The position numbers were made by a program, and so were the translations under genes. From the human T2T-CHM13v2.0 reference genome, Homo sapiens: 64,000 nt of DNA. The number at the start of each line of letters is the position of its first letter. Position 1 is the stretch's first letter. The stretch lies in NCBI RefSeq assembly GCF_009914755.1, contig NC_060936.1, one strand, 5' to 3'. A model generated the notes under the pieces. That model did not search any database. It had not been told where the DNA came from and was given only the letters and a program-made list of their open reading frames with translations. Positions 29,201-47,692 of the stretch are shown in pieces.

Positions 29201-30405
29201 CACCTACACTATTGAAGTAGTTCTCTACCTAACCTTCCAAACTGCAGCTTCTTCTCCCTTTTCCTTGGACACAGCTGAAAGGGTAAGCTTTTCTAATGCT
29301 GCTTTTGAGTGAGTCTTCTATTCCGAAATATGTGGCTGCATACTTAACAACGAAAAAAGTCCAAATTTCGTAAACGGGCATTTGACACCCTCAAAATTTG
29401 CCTCTATCGATCTTTTGGAATGCATTTCCCTCCATGAGCTTACACATGTTTTACTGTATCCTAAGCATGTCCATGTGATCCCACCTCCTCACCATTTTGT
29501 ATATTCCTCCCTATACCTGGAATCTCCTTTCCCTCCTTTCATTCAATTCATTCTCCTACATTTTTTGAGTACTTGCTGTAGGCCAGTCAACAGTCTAGGT
29601 CCTGGGAATGCAGCACTAATCTACAGGACAAAGTATCTACTTTTACAGAACTTTTATTCTAATGAGTAAAAAGATTAGATAAATAAATAAACAGGAATTT
29701 CAGAGAGCAGTAAGTGCTATGAATACAATAAAACAGGGTGATGGGGTGGAGAGTGAGTTGGGGAGCTGTCATTTCATTGAGTGTCCAGGGAAGAGATTTC
29801 TGAGTGGATAATTTTGATCTCAAACTAAAAATCAAGACAGATTCAGCCATGTAAGGATCAGAAAGTTCCAGGGAGAAAGCTGAGCAAGTACCCCTGATAT
29901 TCAAATACTATCCGCTCTCAAAGGCCTAGTTCAGATGCAACCTCAGCTTCAAACCTTCTTTTATCCTTCTAGCTTAATTCCAGCCCATAATGTTTTATTG
30001 TCCTTGCAGTGTTACCACTTTCTGTCTTGGATGTTAGCTATGTATGCACACTTTTCAACCCTGTTAGAATTTCCAGTCTTGAAGATCTATCCTTTTACCA
30101 CCTACAATGCTTAGCCCAATATTGACATAGACACTCAAATATTTCTTAAGTGAGAAAACAAAGGAGTGAATTAATGAACAAAGAAAACATGATAGAATTT
30201 GATTTCACTGGTAGCTGAATGGGGAAGACAGATATTGGGGAAAAGGAATTATGGAGTGCCTCAAAAAGTTCCTAAAAGCCTAAGGCTGATGCTGGTTCTC
30301 TTATGGAGAATCGGAATTCTTAAATTTCCAGTTGGCCCTCATTGGAGGAGAAAGTACTAAATAAAATCTTTCCAATGGTTGTTTTAAGCTTCCATCTTTC
30401 ACCAG

Positions 30406-34280
<3,875 letters not shown>

Positions 34281-34398
34281 AACAGCATTGACATTAAGCA
34301 ATGTTGACTGTCTCATAGTTAAATAGGGAAGGAAAAATTATACTTTTGGAACATTTTAATCAAACTCTACTGGTAGTCTGTGTCAGATCTGCCCTTGT

Positions 34399-34401
34399 GT
34401 T

Positions 34402-34449
<48 letters not shown>

Positions 34450-34728
34450 GAGACAGAGTCTTGCTCCATTGCCCAGGCTGGAGTGCACTGGAGCGATCTC
34501 ACCTTACTGCAACCTCCGCCTCCTGGGTTCAAGCATTTCTCTGCCTCAGCCTCCTGAGTAGCTGGGATTACAGGCACCTGCCACCACACCTGGCTAATTT
34601 TTGTATTTTTAGTAGAGAAGGGGTTTCACCATCTTGGCAAGGCTGGTCTTGAACTCCTGACCTTGTGATCCATCTGCCTTGGCCTCCCAAAGTGCTGGGA
34701 TTACAGGCATGAGCCACCGTGCCTGGCC
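34399..34728 (-). mobile_element. AluS with the tail converted to a (TTG)n microsatellite (about 34402-34447)
   Basis: Reverse Alu with TSD tgcccttgt. The tail explains the poly-Cys and poly-Asn ORFs. Confidence 0.95.
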
Positions 34729-37700
34729 TGCCCTTGTTATTTTGTGTGCTGTTTTTTCAGCTTGCTCCTCCTTCAAGTGTTGCTGGGGAGATGTTTCTCC
34801 CCTGCCCCCTCTCTGCATAGTAATGGAAGGAGGTTCAGGAGTTGCTGCTGCATATTGTTCACAACAGATTAGCTGTGAGCTCTCTCTCTCTCTCTCGTAT
34901 GCAACCTGCCACTCATCATATCCAACAGACAGTTCCTAACTTTCATCTATGGAATGCTTGCAACCAGGAAAGGTACCCTATCGCAGTGTTTATTACGTTT
35001 CTAGAACCGCTTCTGCCTTCAGATTATTTTCCTGCAGATGAAATGCCTTTATTCTTGACTTAGAGGGAATTCTAAATAAAGAATTAATTTTACTTCCCCA
35101 ATTAACCCAAAAAACTAAATATGGAGAATATAGCAGGGAATATTCTACAAGACAGCGAGATGACATGTTTATAGCATCATGTGTCAACAATAAATGCAGT
35201 TCGTAGTTTAGGAAAAATAGTTGAATTTGATTCAAATGTGTTGTTGAAATCAGGTCTTTTTGAAGTGGTGTGAATATAAGTATTTTAAGATGTTATAAGG
35301 GATTTTTCAAATTTTTCAGTTCCTATATTTACGTTATGTTTGTGGCAATAATGCATTTAGTAAGGAATCACCATTTTGACAACATCACTTTGAAATGTCT
35401 TTATTTCATACATTTAATATTTTTGTCAATGCCTTGAATAAGTTATCTCTTTAAATGTATTCTCTGAGTGTGTACATGTGTGATATTTAACAAATAACTC
35501 CTAAAGGGATATTGTAAAATAATTTGAAATTCATTGTTAATTTTTAAAGTTGCTCAATAAGATTCGTATAGACAGTTTTCAGTTCTATTCTTTCTTTATT
35601 ATCCTTTAGCAACCCAACATTTTCTCTTTTCAACACAGAAGTAAACTTTGACATGGAACCCTGTCTGAGCCAGATCGCATGCCCAAGATTGGTAGTAATG
35701 AATCTATTCTCAGGTACAGCTGAGCTGTCACCTCATTTCCCCAGGACATGGTGTCAGAGGGATAATGCCAACATGTCCACAATGACATAGTTGGGTCTGC
35801 TCTATTGGGATATGGTACATTTTTAAGAGTGTTCATGTCAAAAGGACAGTGACTGCCTTCCATCAGGGAAAGATGTACTCCTATAAAAAATATGAATTTG
35901 ATGTTCAAATAAAACACGGGAGAAGAAAATGACTATGAAATCACTTTTTGCTTTTGTGCATTTTTTGTCTTACCTTCTGAAGAGATCCCACAGGACCAGC
36001 ACTAAGCTTCTCTTCATTAGAACCCAGATTTCAATTTTAATTTTAATTAGAATAGATGACTAGAATACTTACCACTCTCTGTAGTTTCTGCATGGAGCTA
36101 ATCAGCAACTAGAAGCATGTCCTATGTTTTCATAAAAAGATTAAGAACTTATTCCACAAAGATTTACTGCTATCCATAAAATTATTTTATATCCTACCAT
36201 AGCACTTTTTTTGGTGGATGGGTCATTTCTGGAAGAAAGTGGCTTTTTTTCACCCCCATTTATACAGTAACAGAACCAGGTAGAAAACTTCATTTTAAAT
36301 ACATACAAATCTTCAATTTTTGTAGGACCATGGCTTTACTAATAAACATCCCATAGAACCCTGGACTTTTCCCCAGCATTCAAGTGTAATTTTGAATATT
36401 ATAATAATATATACAAACTAAAGTAAATGTCAGTGATCATATTACACACGCCATTCTATAACCCAGACTGGTTTCACATTATTCAAGTGATCATTTTAGG
36501 ACAACATAATCAACACCTACATGATGATTAAACTATGACTATGTAATCTGCACCTAAATTTTTGACACTTTGGAGTTTACAAAGCAATTGCAGTTGACCA
36601 GTCATTCATTCAATCAGCAAATATCTATGGAATTTCTATTCTGTGTCAGGAGCTGTTCTAGATTAGGAGAGTAGGAGGTGGATTTAACAGTGAATAAGGT
36701 TGACAGGGCCTGATTACACACAGCTTGTATTTGCTCAACTACTTAGGAATAGAAGTAGAAAAGATACTGTTATCCAAATTTTATAGAGAGAAGGAACTCA
36801 GTCTCAGAAAAGTTATGTGGTTACCTAACATCACCACATAGCTGATGAGTGGCCAAGCTATGACTCACACCTACTGTGTCTTTACTCCAACATCAAGCTA
36901 TTGGATGGCAATAAAAATAGGCAAGAAATAAAAGATTTTCTTTAGGACAGTTCTTTTTTCCTCCATGCTTATTATAAGACAAATCTGTCCTAAGATTACC
37001 ACAACAAATACAGGACTTAAATGGAAAAGAAAGTTAATACAAAACATGACCATTCTCTGTCACATATAATGCCCCACTCTCTCTTAGTTTTGTTCCCCCC
37101 AAAATGAAAGTAGCTTTGTCATTTCTTTTCATTATAAAAGTTATTCATACTATTGTAAAATAAAAATCAAACATACTGAAAAGAATGAAAAAAAAGTAAT
37201 TGTCACTATCCAGTCACTGTCTCACTACCCAGACAACCAATATTATTCTATCTCAATACATATATATAATACACATGTATTTATCATAATTATGAAATAT
37301 GATACTATACATACTATTCTATAATGCAAGTGCATTCCATATTAATAAATATAGATCCAAGTGATCATTTTGAAAGATTGTGTAGCATTCCATTCTGAGT
37401 ATGTATTATATTTCATTGAGTCAACCTTCTTTTAATGGACATTTCAATAGTTTCCATTTTGATAGTTAAAAGCAAAGCTAAAATTAACATCCCTGCATAA
37501 AGATATTTATATATTTGTCCATTTGTTGCCTTGGGATAAATTCTCAGCAGTGGGCTTGCTTGAATATAAAGGTAGACATATTTTAATAATCAGATGTCTC
37601 AATTTACAACTTTTAACTTTTACAAATTTACAAATTTCAGTGTTGTAATTTTTAAGTTTTAATTTTTCATGATTAAAATATACATTATAGAGTTAAGAAA

Positions 37701-38218
37701 AATATGTAAATTCACAAAAATAGAACTCAATAATTCTACAACTGTCAATTTTCTTCTATATATCTTCACATCATTTCCCTTAGTCTATAATATTTTTTAA
37801 TAAAATTGGGATCATACTGTAAACATGTTTTTATGTTATTTCTTTTTCCAAGTAAACTTCTTAATTGTAGAGCTTACATATCCAGACAAAATTTATAAAT
37901 CATGATCAATGAATTTTTAAACACACCTATGTAACTACTATCCAGGTGAAAAAACAGAACATTACCAGCTGCCCCCACTTCCACTACTCTGCCAGAAATG
38001 CCCCTTGATCGCCCTGTCAGTCACCAAATTCTCCCATCAAAATACTCATTATAATCACTTATATTACCATAGATTAATATTGCCTGGTTTTGAAATTTAC
38101 ATATATGAAATCATACAGTAAGTGTTCTTTTGTATCTGCTTTCTTCACTCAACAGAATCATTCCTATTGTTGCATGCAGCAGTGCTCTGTTCATTTTCAT
38201 TATTATATTGCTATATTG

Positions 38219-38686
38219 TGTTAAAGAAAAAAAGTGATTCAGTGATTGTTGTTAAACCACAGTAAGGAAGGCTTTATGCAGTTCTTAGCAATAGGTATAA
38301 GCAACACTGCAATGAGATTTTGCAGTTGGGGGAGAGAGATTGGCCTCGACTCTGATCATGGTCTGGGCAAGTGGGAATTTATAGCCAAGGAGCAGGGTAG
38401 GGATCAGTGGGTGGAAAATTACTAAAAGGAAACATCAGGGATAGGGGACATTCTGACTAAACTGATTTAACTGGATTCTTGCTAAAAACAGCCTAGGGTG
38501 ATCAGACATCACCTGGAGGGTGGTGGAGGATGAGAAACCTGATCAGGTATCAAGGGTGGGGGCGATCTTGCTAAACTGACTTAGCAGGGTTCATGCAAAA
38601 ACTGAATTTTACAAGGAAGTACACAGATGGGCCCAGGAGAAGGTTCAGGAGCCTGACTCCTGGTCAAGCAAAAAAAATTTTTGTCA
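38219..38686 (-). mobile_element. MER31-like ERV1 solo LTR
   Basis: TGTTAAAG...TTTGTCA. The reverse strand begins TGACAAAAA..GCTTGACCAGGAGTCAGGCTCCTGAACCTTCTCC. Near-TSD attg / gttg. Confidence 0.85.
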
Positions 38687-41600
38687 GTTGTTGCACGATT
38701 ATACCATTTAAAGATAAATGCTCTTTTCTACTTGTGATGAACATTTGGGTTGTTTTCGATTTGAGTTATTACTAATAATGATAAAGTAACACTCTTTTTA
38801 TTATTATTTTGGTGCACACAGCTATGCTTCTATATTGGCATGTGCCTTTCAGTGGGATCGCTAAATACACATATTTTCAGCTTCAGGAGAAACTGACAAT
38901 GTGGTTGCACCCATTTATATTTCCATGAGCAGTGAGAGTACTTAGGTGCTCCAATCTCACCAACACTTGGAATTCTCAATTTTTGAATTTGTTTTGCCTT
39001 TGACATTCAAATGTATGTATTTATATATCATTGAAGTTTTAATTTGCATTTCTCTGATGATGTTGATCATCTTTTCATCAATTTATTGACCATTTGGATA
39101 TATTGTTTATATAAGCCGTTTTGAGTCTTTTTCCTCAAAAACCTTTGGACGCTAACGTCATTTACTCCCCTTCCACTTTTTGTGTTAACATGTATTTGCA
39201 ATCTATGTATGATGCACAGATTTGAATCTGTGAATCCTCCATGACTTATCATTTTACATATTCAGTGTTTATTTAGATTTGCCCCCCACATATTCACTCT
39301 TTTTATTGCTTATTGCTCTTCCTTCCCTCCTGTTTTCTTCTTTCCATAAAAATAATTTCCCTTCTGTCTGTGTTTGTTTTAGACTGGAACTGCTTGCAAC
39401 AAATTCTATCAGTTTAATGGACTTAAAACATCTTCCTTTTGTCTTGTAAATAAAGCTTTTTTTTTTTTTAGCCAAATAGAGAATACTTGGTTGGTAGGTT
39501 TTTGTTTTTGTTTTCATTTCAAAAATGTTATTCTACTGTCTTTTGGTATCCATCATTTCCTTTAATCAGTCTGCTATCATTATTTTATTGCTCTTTTGAA
39601 GGTAATGCATTTTTTTCAGAAATGTTAATGTGTGCTATCATCTGTGATTTCCTTTGCATTTTTTTCTTCTTGAGATTCATAGTGCATCTTGAACCTCATA
39701 AGCTATCATTACGTTTGGAAAATTTGTTAGTATGATTAACTGTGGGAAATTTCTAGCCTTTATCTTGTTAAATGTTAACTTCTACAACTTGTTGTTTCTC
39801 TTTTTCTGGTGGAACTTCAATTACATGTGTATTAGCTTCAGTCATACATTAGAATATCTCAGTATACCTTATTTATCTTCTATGCTTGTTTATATATTTT
39901 CCATTGATTTTTCTTTTTCTCCTTCAATCCCTCAGTTTGAAAATTTGCCATTGATTTATATCTCAGTTGAATGATTCTCTCTTCTTACGTATTTAAACTG
40001 TATTTAAATCTAAATATTGAGTTCTTAATTTTATTATCTTAGTCTATAATTTCAATATGATTCTTTATAGATGTCAGCTTTCTGGTAAAATGTTTACATT
40101 GTCATCCATTTTTTAAAAAAACATACTAAAATAAATGTTGTTACATTTATTTTAAACTCTGTGAACTCTGTGTTGTGTTAAACTCCAATATCTAGATCAA
40201 CTGTATATTGGTCAATTTCCATTGTTGGTATTTTGTGTTGGGTTTTGATCATTTTTGGTCCTACCTTTGGCATTGCTGGTAAATTTTTACATGAATGTCA
40301 GATATCATATAAGAAATATTATAGAGGCTATGAATAATATATTTCTTTAGAGAAAATGTATGATTTTTCTGGTAGGTATTTATAGGAGTTAGACGTCTTG
40401 ATGCAGTCATAGATTGAGATGATTTCAGGCCAGATATCAGTCTTTGTGACGGCTGGCCTATTATTCTGGCTGTCTTTAATCCAAGGGCTTAACCTTTCAG
40501 ATGTTTCAAGAGAAAGCCCAAGTTTTCAACAAGAGCTTTTTTTTTTTTCTTGGCAGGCCCTGGACGCCAGGGTTTAACTTTTTAACCTTTTCAGAATTGT
40601 AAAAAAGTCAACAGCTTGGCATCATACTTTAGCTTCTTACTTCCCACTTTGTGTCTGACTTCTTGGCCTTACTATGTGTAGCTTGTGGATCAACAAATAT
40701 CTGGAGGGAAAAACAGCAGAGAATTCCAGGCCTACCCAAATGTGTTTATCTCTTCTGTGGACTCTTGACTGCCTTCAGCACTTTCTAATGTTTTTACACA
40801 GCTTTATTTTGAATTCTATCAGTAAAGAGTTGATCTGATACATGCCATTCTATTACAGCTTGAAACAAGTCTCTCATTTTGGCTATAGTTTAAATCTTTT
40901 TGTCTATTAATAAAGAAAATATTTTATTCGTTTACTGGCCACTAGCTGTTTTTTTAAATTTAATTTTAGTTTTTCTAAATAACACATATACACAACTTAA
41001 AACGTCAAGTGATTCTACAGTATCTATCATAGAAACTATCATTTTCCTGCCTCATCTGTCTCTACCCTTTAGCATGGTTTTCCAGAGACAATAGGTTGAC
41101 CTTTTAAAGTTTACTATTTTTAAGTTATTATTATCTTTTGTGTCACTAAATCCTTATTTAAATTGTAATTTTATATGGAACTTTCATGATTTTTTATTTT
41201 AGACATTGTTTAGTGACTTTCTAATTAGAAAGAGGAAGGTTTATTTCTATTATACCATTACCAAAACAAACACATACTTTCTTCACCCATATTTTCAATA
41301 GTTATATAGCAATTTCTAAGAAGTCAATACTTTTTACATTGTTTTCTACATGAAAATTGTTTATAGATAAGACATGTGGCAGTCTATATATTTTTCTTTT
41401 TAACCCAATTTTCCACCTGGAGTTAATTATTTTTATTTATTTTTTGGCTAGTTTTCTATGGATTTATCAAAAATTCTTCCCTCAAACACTCTGACATAGC
41501 AGAAAGTTTAATCAAACATATGAGGTAAACCATCTGTAATATATAAGTATATAACCTGGAGAAATTCTTCCCAAAATTTCCTCCACCTTCTTTTTCTGGA

Positions 41601-42488
41601 CCAATTGGACTCTGGGTCTACCGCACAGGTATTATCCTGGAAATCTCATTTGTCCCTCTCCTGGGTTGGATTCCCACTTAACTAGATCCCATAGCTTTCT
41701 CCTTCTTGATTTACTCTCTTATTATTGTGGACATATTAATATCTCCAGTAGCTTCTTGAAAAAGGAAGTATAGGTAGTATATTTTTTGAGATCTTACAGG
41801 TTGGAAATCATTTTCTCTGAATCATAAAGGTGCTGCTCTGCTCTTTCTAGCCTAAAATATTGCTATGCTGAAGTTCAATTCTATTCTTGTTCCTGATCTT
41901 CGTAATTCCCAGTGTTCTGAAATTCATGTTTTGTTTTGTTTCCATTCTGTGAGCTCAGCATTCATTTGGCTCTTTCAATAGGTATACCCATGTCCATGTC
42001 CTTCTATATACACACAAATTCCTCGAAATTTTCATCATTATTTTTTCCTCTATAATTTCTTCCCTTGCGTTTCTGTTCTCTCATTCTAGTACTCCTATTG
42101 ACAAAAAGTTGAACATATTAGTTTGTGTTCTGTTTTACATCTTGAAAAACTTCCTGAACTTTGTCTCCAACCTTGATTTGTGATTGTTTTTCTTCTGGGG
42201 AGATTTTCTTAAATTTATCTTTATTTTTCTATTTATTTTTAAAAGTGTTGTGTTATTTCTAATGTGCAAGGCTCCTTCTGGCTTTCTAATTTTCAAAATA
42301 GCATCCTGTTCTTTTATTATTTAAGGAAATCATTTATAGTTTTTAATTTGTTTTTTATGTTGCTCCCTTCATTGTCTTTTTTTCCTTCAAATCTTCTTTT
42401 AATCTGTTTGTTTTGATCTCTATAATTTAGAGAACTCTCTTAAAAATATGGTAATCATAGTCTATTTTTTATACCCAAGGGTGAAGCA

Positions 42489-42811
42489 AGGCAGGGAGTG
42501 GTGACTCATGCCTGTAATTCCAGAGCTTTGGGAGGCTGAGGAAGAAGAGTCTCTTCAGGCCAGAGGTTCAAGACCAGCCTGGGCAACATAGCAAGACTTC
42601 CTCTCTACAAGAAACAAAAAAGTAGCTAGGCATGATGGCACACACCTGTAGTCCTAGCTGCTCAGGAGACTGGAGGAGGAGGATCATTGAACTCAGGAGT
42701 TTGAAGCAGCAGTGAGCTATCATCACTCCACTGCACCCCAGCCTGGGTGACAGGGTGAGACCCTGTCTTTAAAAAAAATTAATAATTTTAATAATAAATA
42801 AGTAAATAAAT
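42489..42811 (+). mobile_element. AluJ
   Basis: gcctgggcaacatagcaagac, gcagtgagctatcatc and gagaccctgtct motifs. TSD gtgaagca. Confidence 0.92.
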
Positions 42812-44060
42812 GAGTGAAGCAGTAAAAAGCTATATTTCTATAGGCCAGTTTGATGACTAGTGAGTTTCACTGTAAGGTTACTGGGAGTTGTTGGATGACT
42901 CTCTAATGTCCATGTCTATAGGTTTTTATTCTTGGGAGATTATGTTTCCCCAAAAAGGAACTCTAATTATCTTGCCTGGAAGGTAAAAGCCTTGATACCA
43001 GGATTCTGGAAGCAGAGCTTGGGAAGCAGCCTGTTGCTGTTCTCACCACTGAGTATGTGTTCACCTGATCTTTCTGATTTCAACTTCTTCCTTTACTAAC
43101 TCCATTGTGTCTACATCACTGAGGACTCAGCATCTCCTGTTAAATGTCTCCTGGCTGGGTAGAACAGGGGTAGTCACTTGGCTGGTTGGGGTGAGAAAAT
43201 GAATCTGAGGGATCTAACTCATCTTTTTAAAACCACTCCTGGTATTTTTCAGTCCCATCTTTAACTCCACATTTACAGGTACATGATATCTCTAATTCCT
43301 AAGCCTTCTTGGGGATTGGTGACAATAATAGATTTCTTCTTTTCTCCCCTGAGAGTAGTTAGGTTTCTGTTTTCTCACGTTACTAAAGTAATTCCCACTT
43401 GTCCATTTGCTTTCTGTTTTAAAGAACTGTTTATATTGTCAAATGCTATGGTCTTGCTTATTGTCTCTGGGAGGTTTAACTTTTTTTATTCACTTACAGA
43501 TCTGAAAAAGCAGTTTCTAGTGGCTCAAAAAGAGATACTCATGATTATAAAGAAATCGTCTTAGGCACTGTGTCCTCTCCAGCCACTGAGATAATGGTGC
43601 TACACAGGCCATCCAGGACTCATAGGCATTGTATCAATCCAGCCTCTCCTCTTGCCCAAGTGATACTGGGCAAGTCACTAACCTCTATGAGCTTCAGTTT
43701 TCTTATCAATAAAATGGAATAATTCCTATCTCATAGAACATTGTGAGTATTAAGTCAAACAATGCACTTATAGAACATTTAACACATTGCATATAGCTCA
43801 ATAAATGCTGTAGCAGTTATAATTACTCATATTATTGTTGTTGTCATTATCATGATCAACTGCACAATAGCAAGAATCTTATTTAATTTAAACTTACGTC
43901 TCTTTGCAGATCAACTTGCTCTAACTGTAGAAATGAGGAAAGAGTAAGAATCAAAAGCAAACTGTCCAGAATATATTATTGTTTATCTTAAAAAGCATTC
44001 GAATCTTCAAGGACCATTTAATGGAAGTCAATGCAACCACCTCTTCAGTCATGTATAAGA

Positions 44061-44288
44061 TCAGCAATTTATGAACTGTTTCTATAAAAAACCAGATAGT
44101 AAATAGTTTTAAGATTTGTGAGACATATGTCTCTGTCCCAACTACTCAACTATGCCATTGAAGTGTGAGAACAGCAAAGGACAATTCATTTTTTTAAAAT
44201 CTACATGGCTGTTTTCCAAATAAAGCTTTATTAACAAAAGCAGATGTTTGTCATATTTGGTTTGAGAGGTGTAGTTTGAAGACCCTAC
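44061..44288 (+). mobile_element. MER58A-type hAT DNA transposon
   Basis: tttctataaaaaaccagatagtaaatagtttt...caactactcaactatgccattg...aataaagctttattaacaaaagcag. Confidence 0.8.
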
Positions 44289-44756
44289 ATGCGAAAAATG
44301 CCCTATTGTTGAAAATTAACTGGGTTAGTTACCCTACATCTGTAACAACCACAAATTCTCAGTGACTTAACAGAATCAATTTGTATTTCTTACTCACAGT
44401 TGGTAGGCAGCCTTCTACTTGTTGTTTGGGGCAGCTGTCTTCTTTCATCTTGTGTCAGTTCCATCTTCTGGGGCTCCTTGGGGTCCAACCACTACTTGAA
44501 CGAAAAGTGAGAATAAGGACCATGTGAGACTTTTCATGACCTGGCCACACTTAAACTCACATTTTATTGGCCAAAACCTAACTACAGGAGAAGCTGGGAA
44601 ATACAATAACTTCCTGCAAAAGTCCCCAGTGAAGAAATGAGGATTGATGGACATCTATACAATGTCTATCAAAACATTGACTGACAAGTAAAAAAATGAC
44701 CCATTCAGCCAACTTTGGCAGCCATATTTTCCCTCCAAAAGCTATGAATGCTTCTT

Positions 44757-45299
44757 CAGGCAGACCTACACAATTTGTTGGCTCTAATACAAAATGAAAG
44801 TGTGAGGCCCCTTGGACAAAAATCAGGTAAAATGGTTTTGCCTTCTTTTTATAAACTTCCTTGACTTGTCATGGTATTTTCTTAATTTGCTATTCAGCCT
44901 CACATTGTCTTGGTCATGGGGACACTCACAAGACAAGTACATACATTCACAGTCATCAGGGGGTCCCACCCATAATTCAGCACATGAGACACATGGGGCA
45001 TGTTCTGGACCCTGACTCTCCTTGAATCTGCGCAGAAGCTCCCCCAACTCCATCCCCAGGGTAGAGGGTCACTGGCCAAGCCCCCATCTGGGGAACCTAT
45101 TTGTGAGCCAAGGTCCCAAGCTTCAGCACACACACCGCTGTTATCAGTCTTCACTTACTACGCACTAATTCCAAAATACAATTCTTAAGAATTTTGAGAT
45201 GGTGATCACAGAACATTAAGCCCCAAGACTGGGGACCCCCTCTGAGTATGGGACTTGTGTGACTGCACTGGTCACACACTCTCCATGAAGCTGGCCCTG
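44757..45299 (-). mobile_element. MER45-family hAT (Tip100) DNA transposon
   Basis: The reverse strand starts CAGGGCCAGCTTCATGGAG..GACCAGTGCAGTCACACAAG and ends ..CACTTTCATTTTGTATT..AAATTGTGTAGGTCTGCCTG. Confidence 0.8.
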
Positions 45300-47250
45300 C
45301 CATCCCTGAAAGCTTGATCACTTGCTGGAGGGAAAAGGCCTAGAAGTCCCCACTTTAAGATGCTTCCTAAAGGGTCAAACTCTTGGTCAGAAGCCCAGAG
45401 CCCTTCTGCCTGCTCTTGTCCAGCATTTTTCACCTTTTTCACCAAAAAAGACATGGCCCTAAACTGCTGTAAAAATTAAGCAAGGATTGAATTGGTCTCC
45501 AACAAGACAACCCTTAGCTCTGGATCGTCTATATTATTGCATATTAAGGAAATACTACTGGGCTCGATCCTCCAACATTGAATTATTCTACTATTTTTCA
45601 CACCCAACATTTATTCCTTTTTTAAAAGTTGTATAGGTGAATTTGAAAAAGTTAACCACCCATTCATGATTAATTCAGTGCTACTAATACTGTGAAAGGC
45701 AATGCAAAGTGTTCTGATTAATTGATTTTCAATCCCAGTCCCTAAACATATTAGCTTTATGGCCTTGGGCAAGATACCACCTTTCCACGAGCCTCCATTT
45801 CATCATCTGTAAAATGGGTGTGATAATATCCAACTCAAAGTACTGAAGTGAGAATGACAAAGAGATAAGGTGTGTATAGAGCATGGCACATAGCAAGCAT
45901 TTAAAACATGGAAGCCACTATTAGTATACACTGGTGATAATACCAGTCATTATTATTGGGAGGTGAGGGAAAAATCTTCAGACATAATCTCTGACCTCTG
46001 CAAGATTATGAGTTGAAATGGAGAACAAGTCCTAAACAAAAATTGCAAAAACAGGCAGGAAGAACTTAGAGCCCCACTAGCAGGACAGATTAGGTGGGTT
46101 ATAGGAGTAATAATGGTGCTGCTGTAGCATTTGGGGCAGAGACACTTCTCAGAGAGTATTTCCAGGCTATGCGTGAGTTTGCTGGCTTTAGAGGTGGACT
46201 CTTGTACATATTTTTGGGGGGAAGGACTACATAATTTAAGTGTGCAGCCTTGATGGCCATACATTTGGTGGCTTAGGAACTTACAATGGTGCGATTATCT
46301 ATGAAATGTGGATGCAAGAAATAATGTGGTGCATGTACCCACAGTAAATAATAAAAACCAGGAAATGTGAATGGTTTCTGGATATTGCCTTTAGTGCTCA
46401 ATTCAGCCAGCATTAGTTACATGCTATAGACTCAATGGGGGAAGAAGAAGCATCCTCATAAAATAAACATTTGTCTGCAGATTTTCCAGTTGAAGCCGAG
46501 GCTGGCTCTTAGTACTGCTATCACCACTGCATATGATGATTGGACATTAGTGAATCACACAGCCTGGGTCAGCCTAAAATTGTCCTATAATGAAATTGAG
46601 ATATAATGGGAAGTTGTGCTATTTTTGTATTTCCAAAGAAGGAGGGCTCTCACGAAGTTATGCTCCCGTGTTAAAAAAGTGACCCTCAAAACAAGAAAAT
46701 GATACAGGACAATCTAAGCTCTGAGATTAAAAGAGACAGCAAGACAATCTCGTTACAGCTCTACAAAAGGATGTTCTTGCAATAGAAATACCTGTGTGGT
46801 TACCAGAAATAAGATTAAATCAATCAGCTTTCCCTGAACTTTAGTGATCTTATACATAATTTTAAAGCTAGGAGCCCTACTTACACCATCAGGCTGATTT
46901 TATTTTTTACTTCAGAAATATCTAACTATTCTCAGAGGATCCATGTATAAAAATACAGTAGTCTGCTTAGTTCTATAATGTTCTAGCTGAGTACTAGAAT
47001 TTTATTTAAATTTAGAAGATTGAAAAGAACTTGCAAATCTCTTAGTGAATCACAGGGCCTGCTATATGTTTGAGTATACTGTTACATAATATATTTACAT
47101 TTGACCATGCAGTGTATATGTTTGCCCTATATTGTCTCTAGAAACGTATCTAAACCTGACTGGTTGCTCTGCAAGAGAAGAGGCCATTTGCATATTTAAA
47201 ATGTGTATGCCAAGTTATATTTGTAGATTTCAGGCATTTATTTCTATGGC

Positions 47251-47692
47251 TGTATTGATATGTTATGGTTGCCATACTAAATTATCATAAACTTATTGGC
47301 TTAAAGCAACACATTTTTATTATCTTATAGTTCTGGAGGCCAGAACTCTAAAAATAGGTCTACTTGAAGACTCTTCTGAGGATTCTCAAGGAAAATCTCT
47401 TCCATCGCCTCTTCCAGCTTCTAGAGGCCATCTGCATTCTTTGGCTCATGGCTTCATCTTCAAAGCCAGAATGCAGCATCTTCTCTCTTTTCCATCTCCA
47501 TTTCCCTCTTATAATAATCACTGTGATTACATGGGACTTTCCCAGACTATTCAAGATAATATCCCTGCCATAGGATCCATAGCTCAACTGCATCTACAAA
47601 GTCTCTTTTCTACATAAGTCAGCATACTCACAGGCTCCAGAAATTAGAACAGGGATATTCTTATGGGAGGAGGGAATTATTCAGCCACCATA
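47251..47692 (-). mobile_element. MLT1B/C-type MaLR solo LTR
   Basis: ggcttaaagcaacacatttttattatcttatagttctggaggccagaa, with a 5-bp TSD ATGGC (47246-47250 / 47693-47697). Confidence 0.88.

Larger units (their letters stand above)
37100..43500 (-). mobile_element. Mosaic of ancient antisense L1M (L1ME/L1MC-type) fragments
   Basis: T-rich antisense L1 phrases throughout (catatatgaaatcatacagtaagtgttcttttgtatctg, gttttaatttgcatttctctgatga, tattgctatgctgaagttcaattctattctt). Interrupted by a MER31 LTR and an AluJ. Boundaries approximate. Confidence 0.65.

Noticed and set aside
34346-34589. Poly-Cys and poly-Asn ORFs
   Set aside because: Translation of the (TTG)n tail of an Alu
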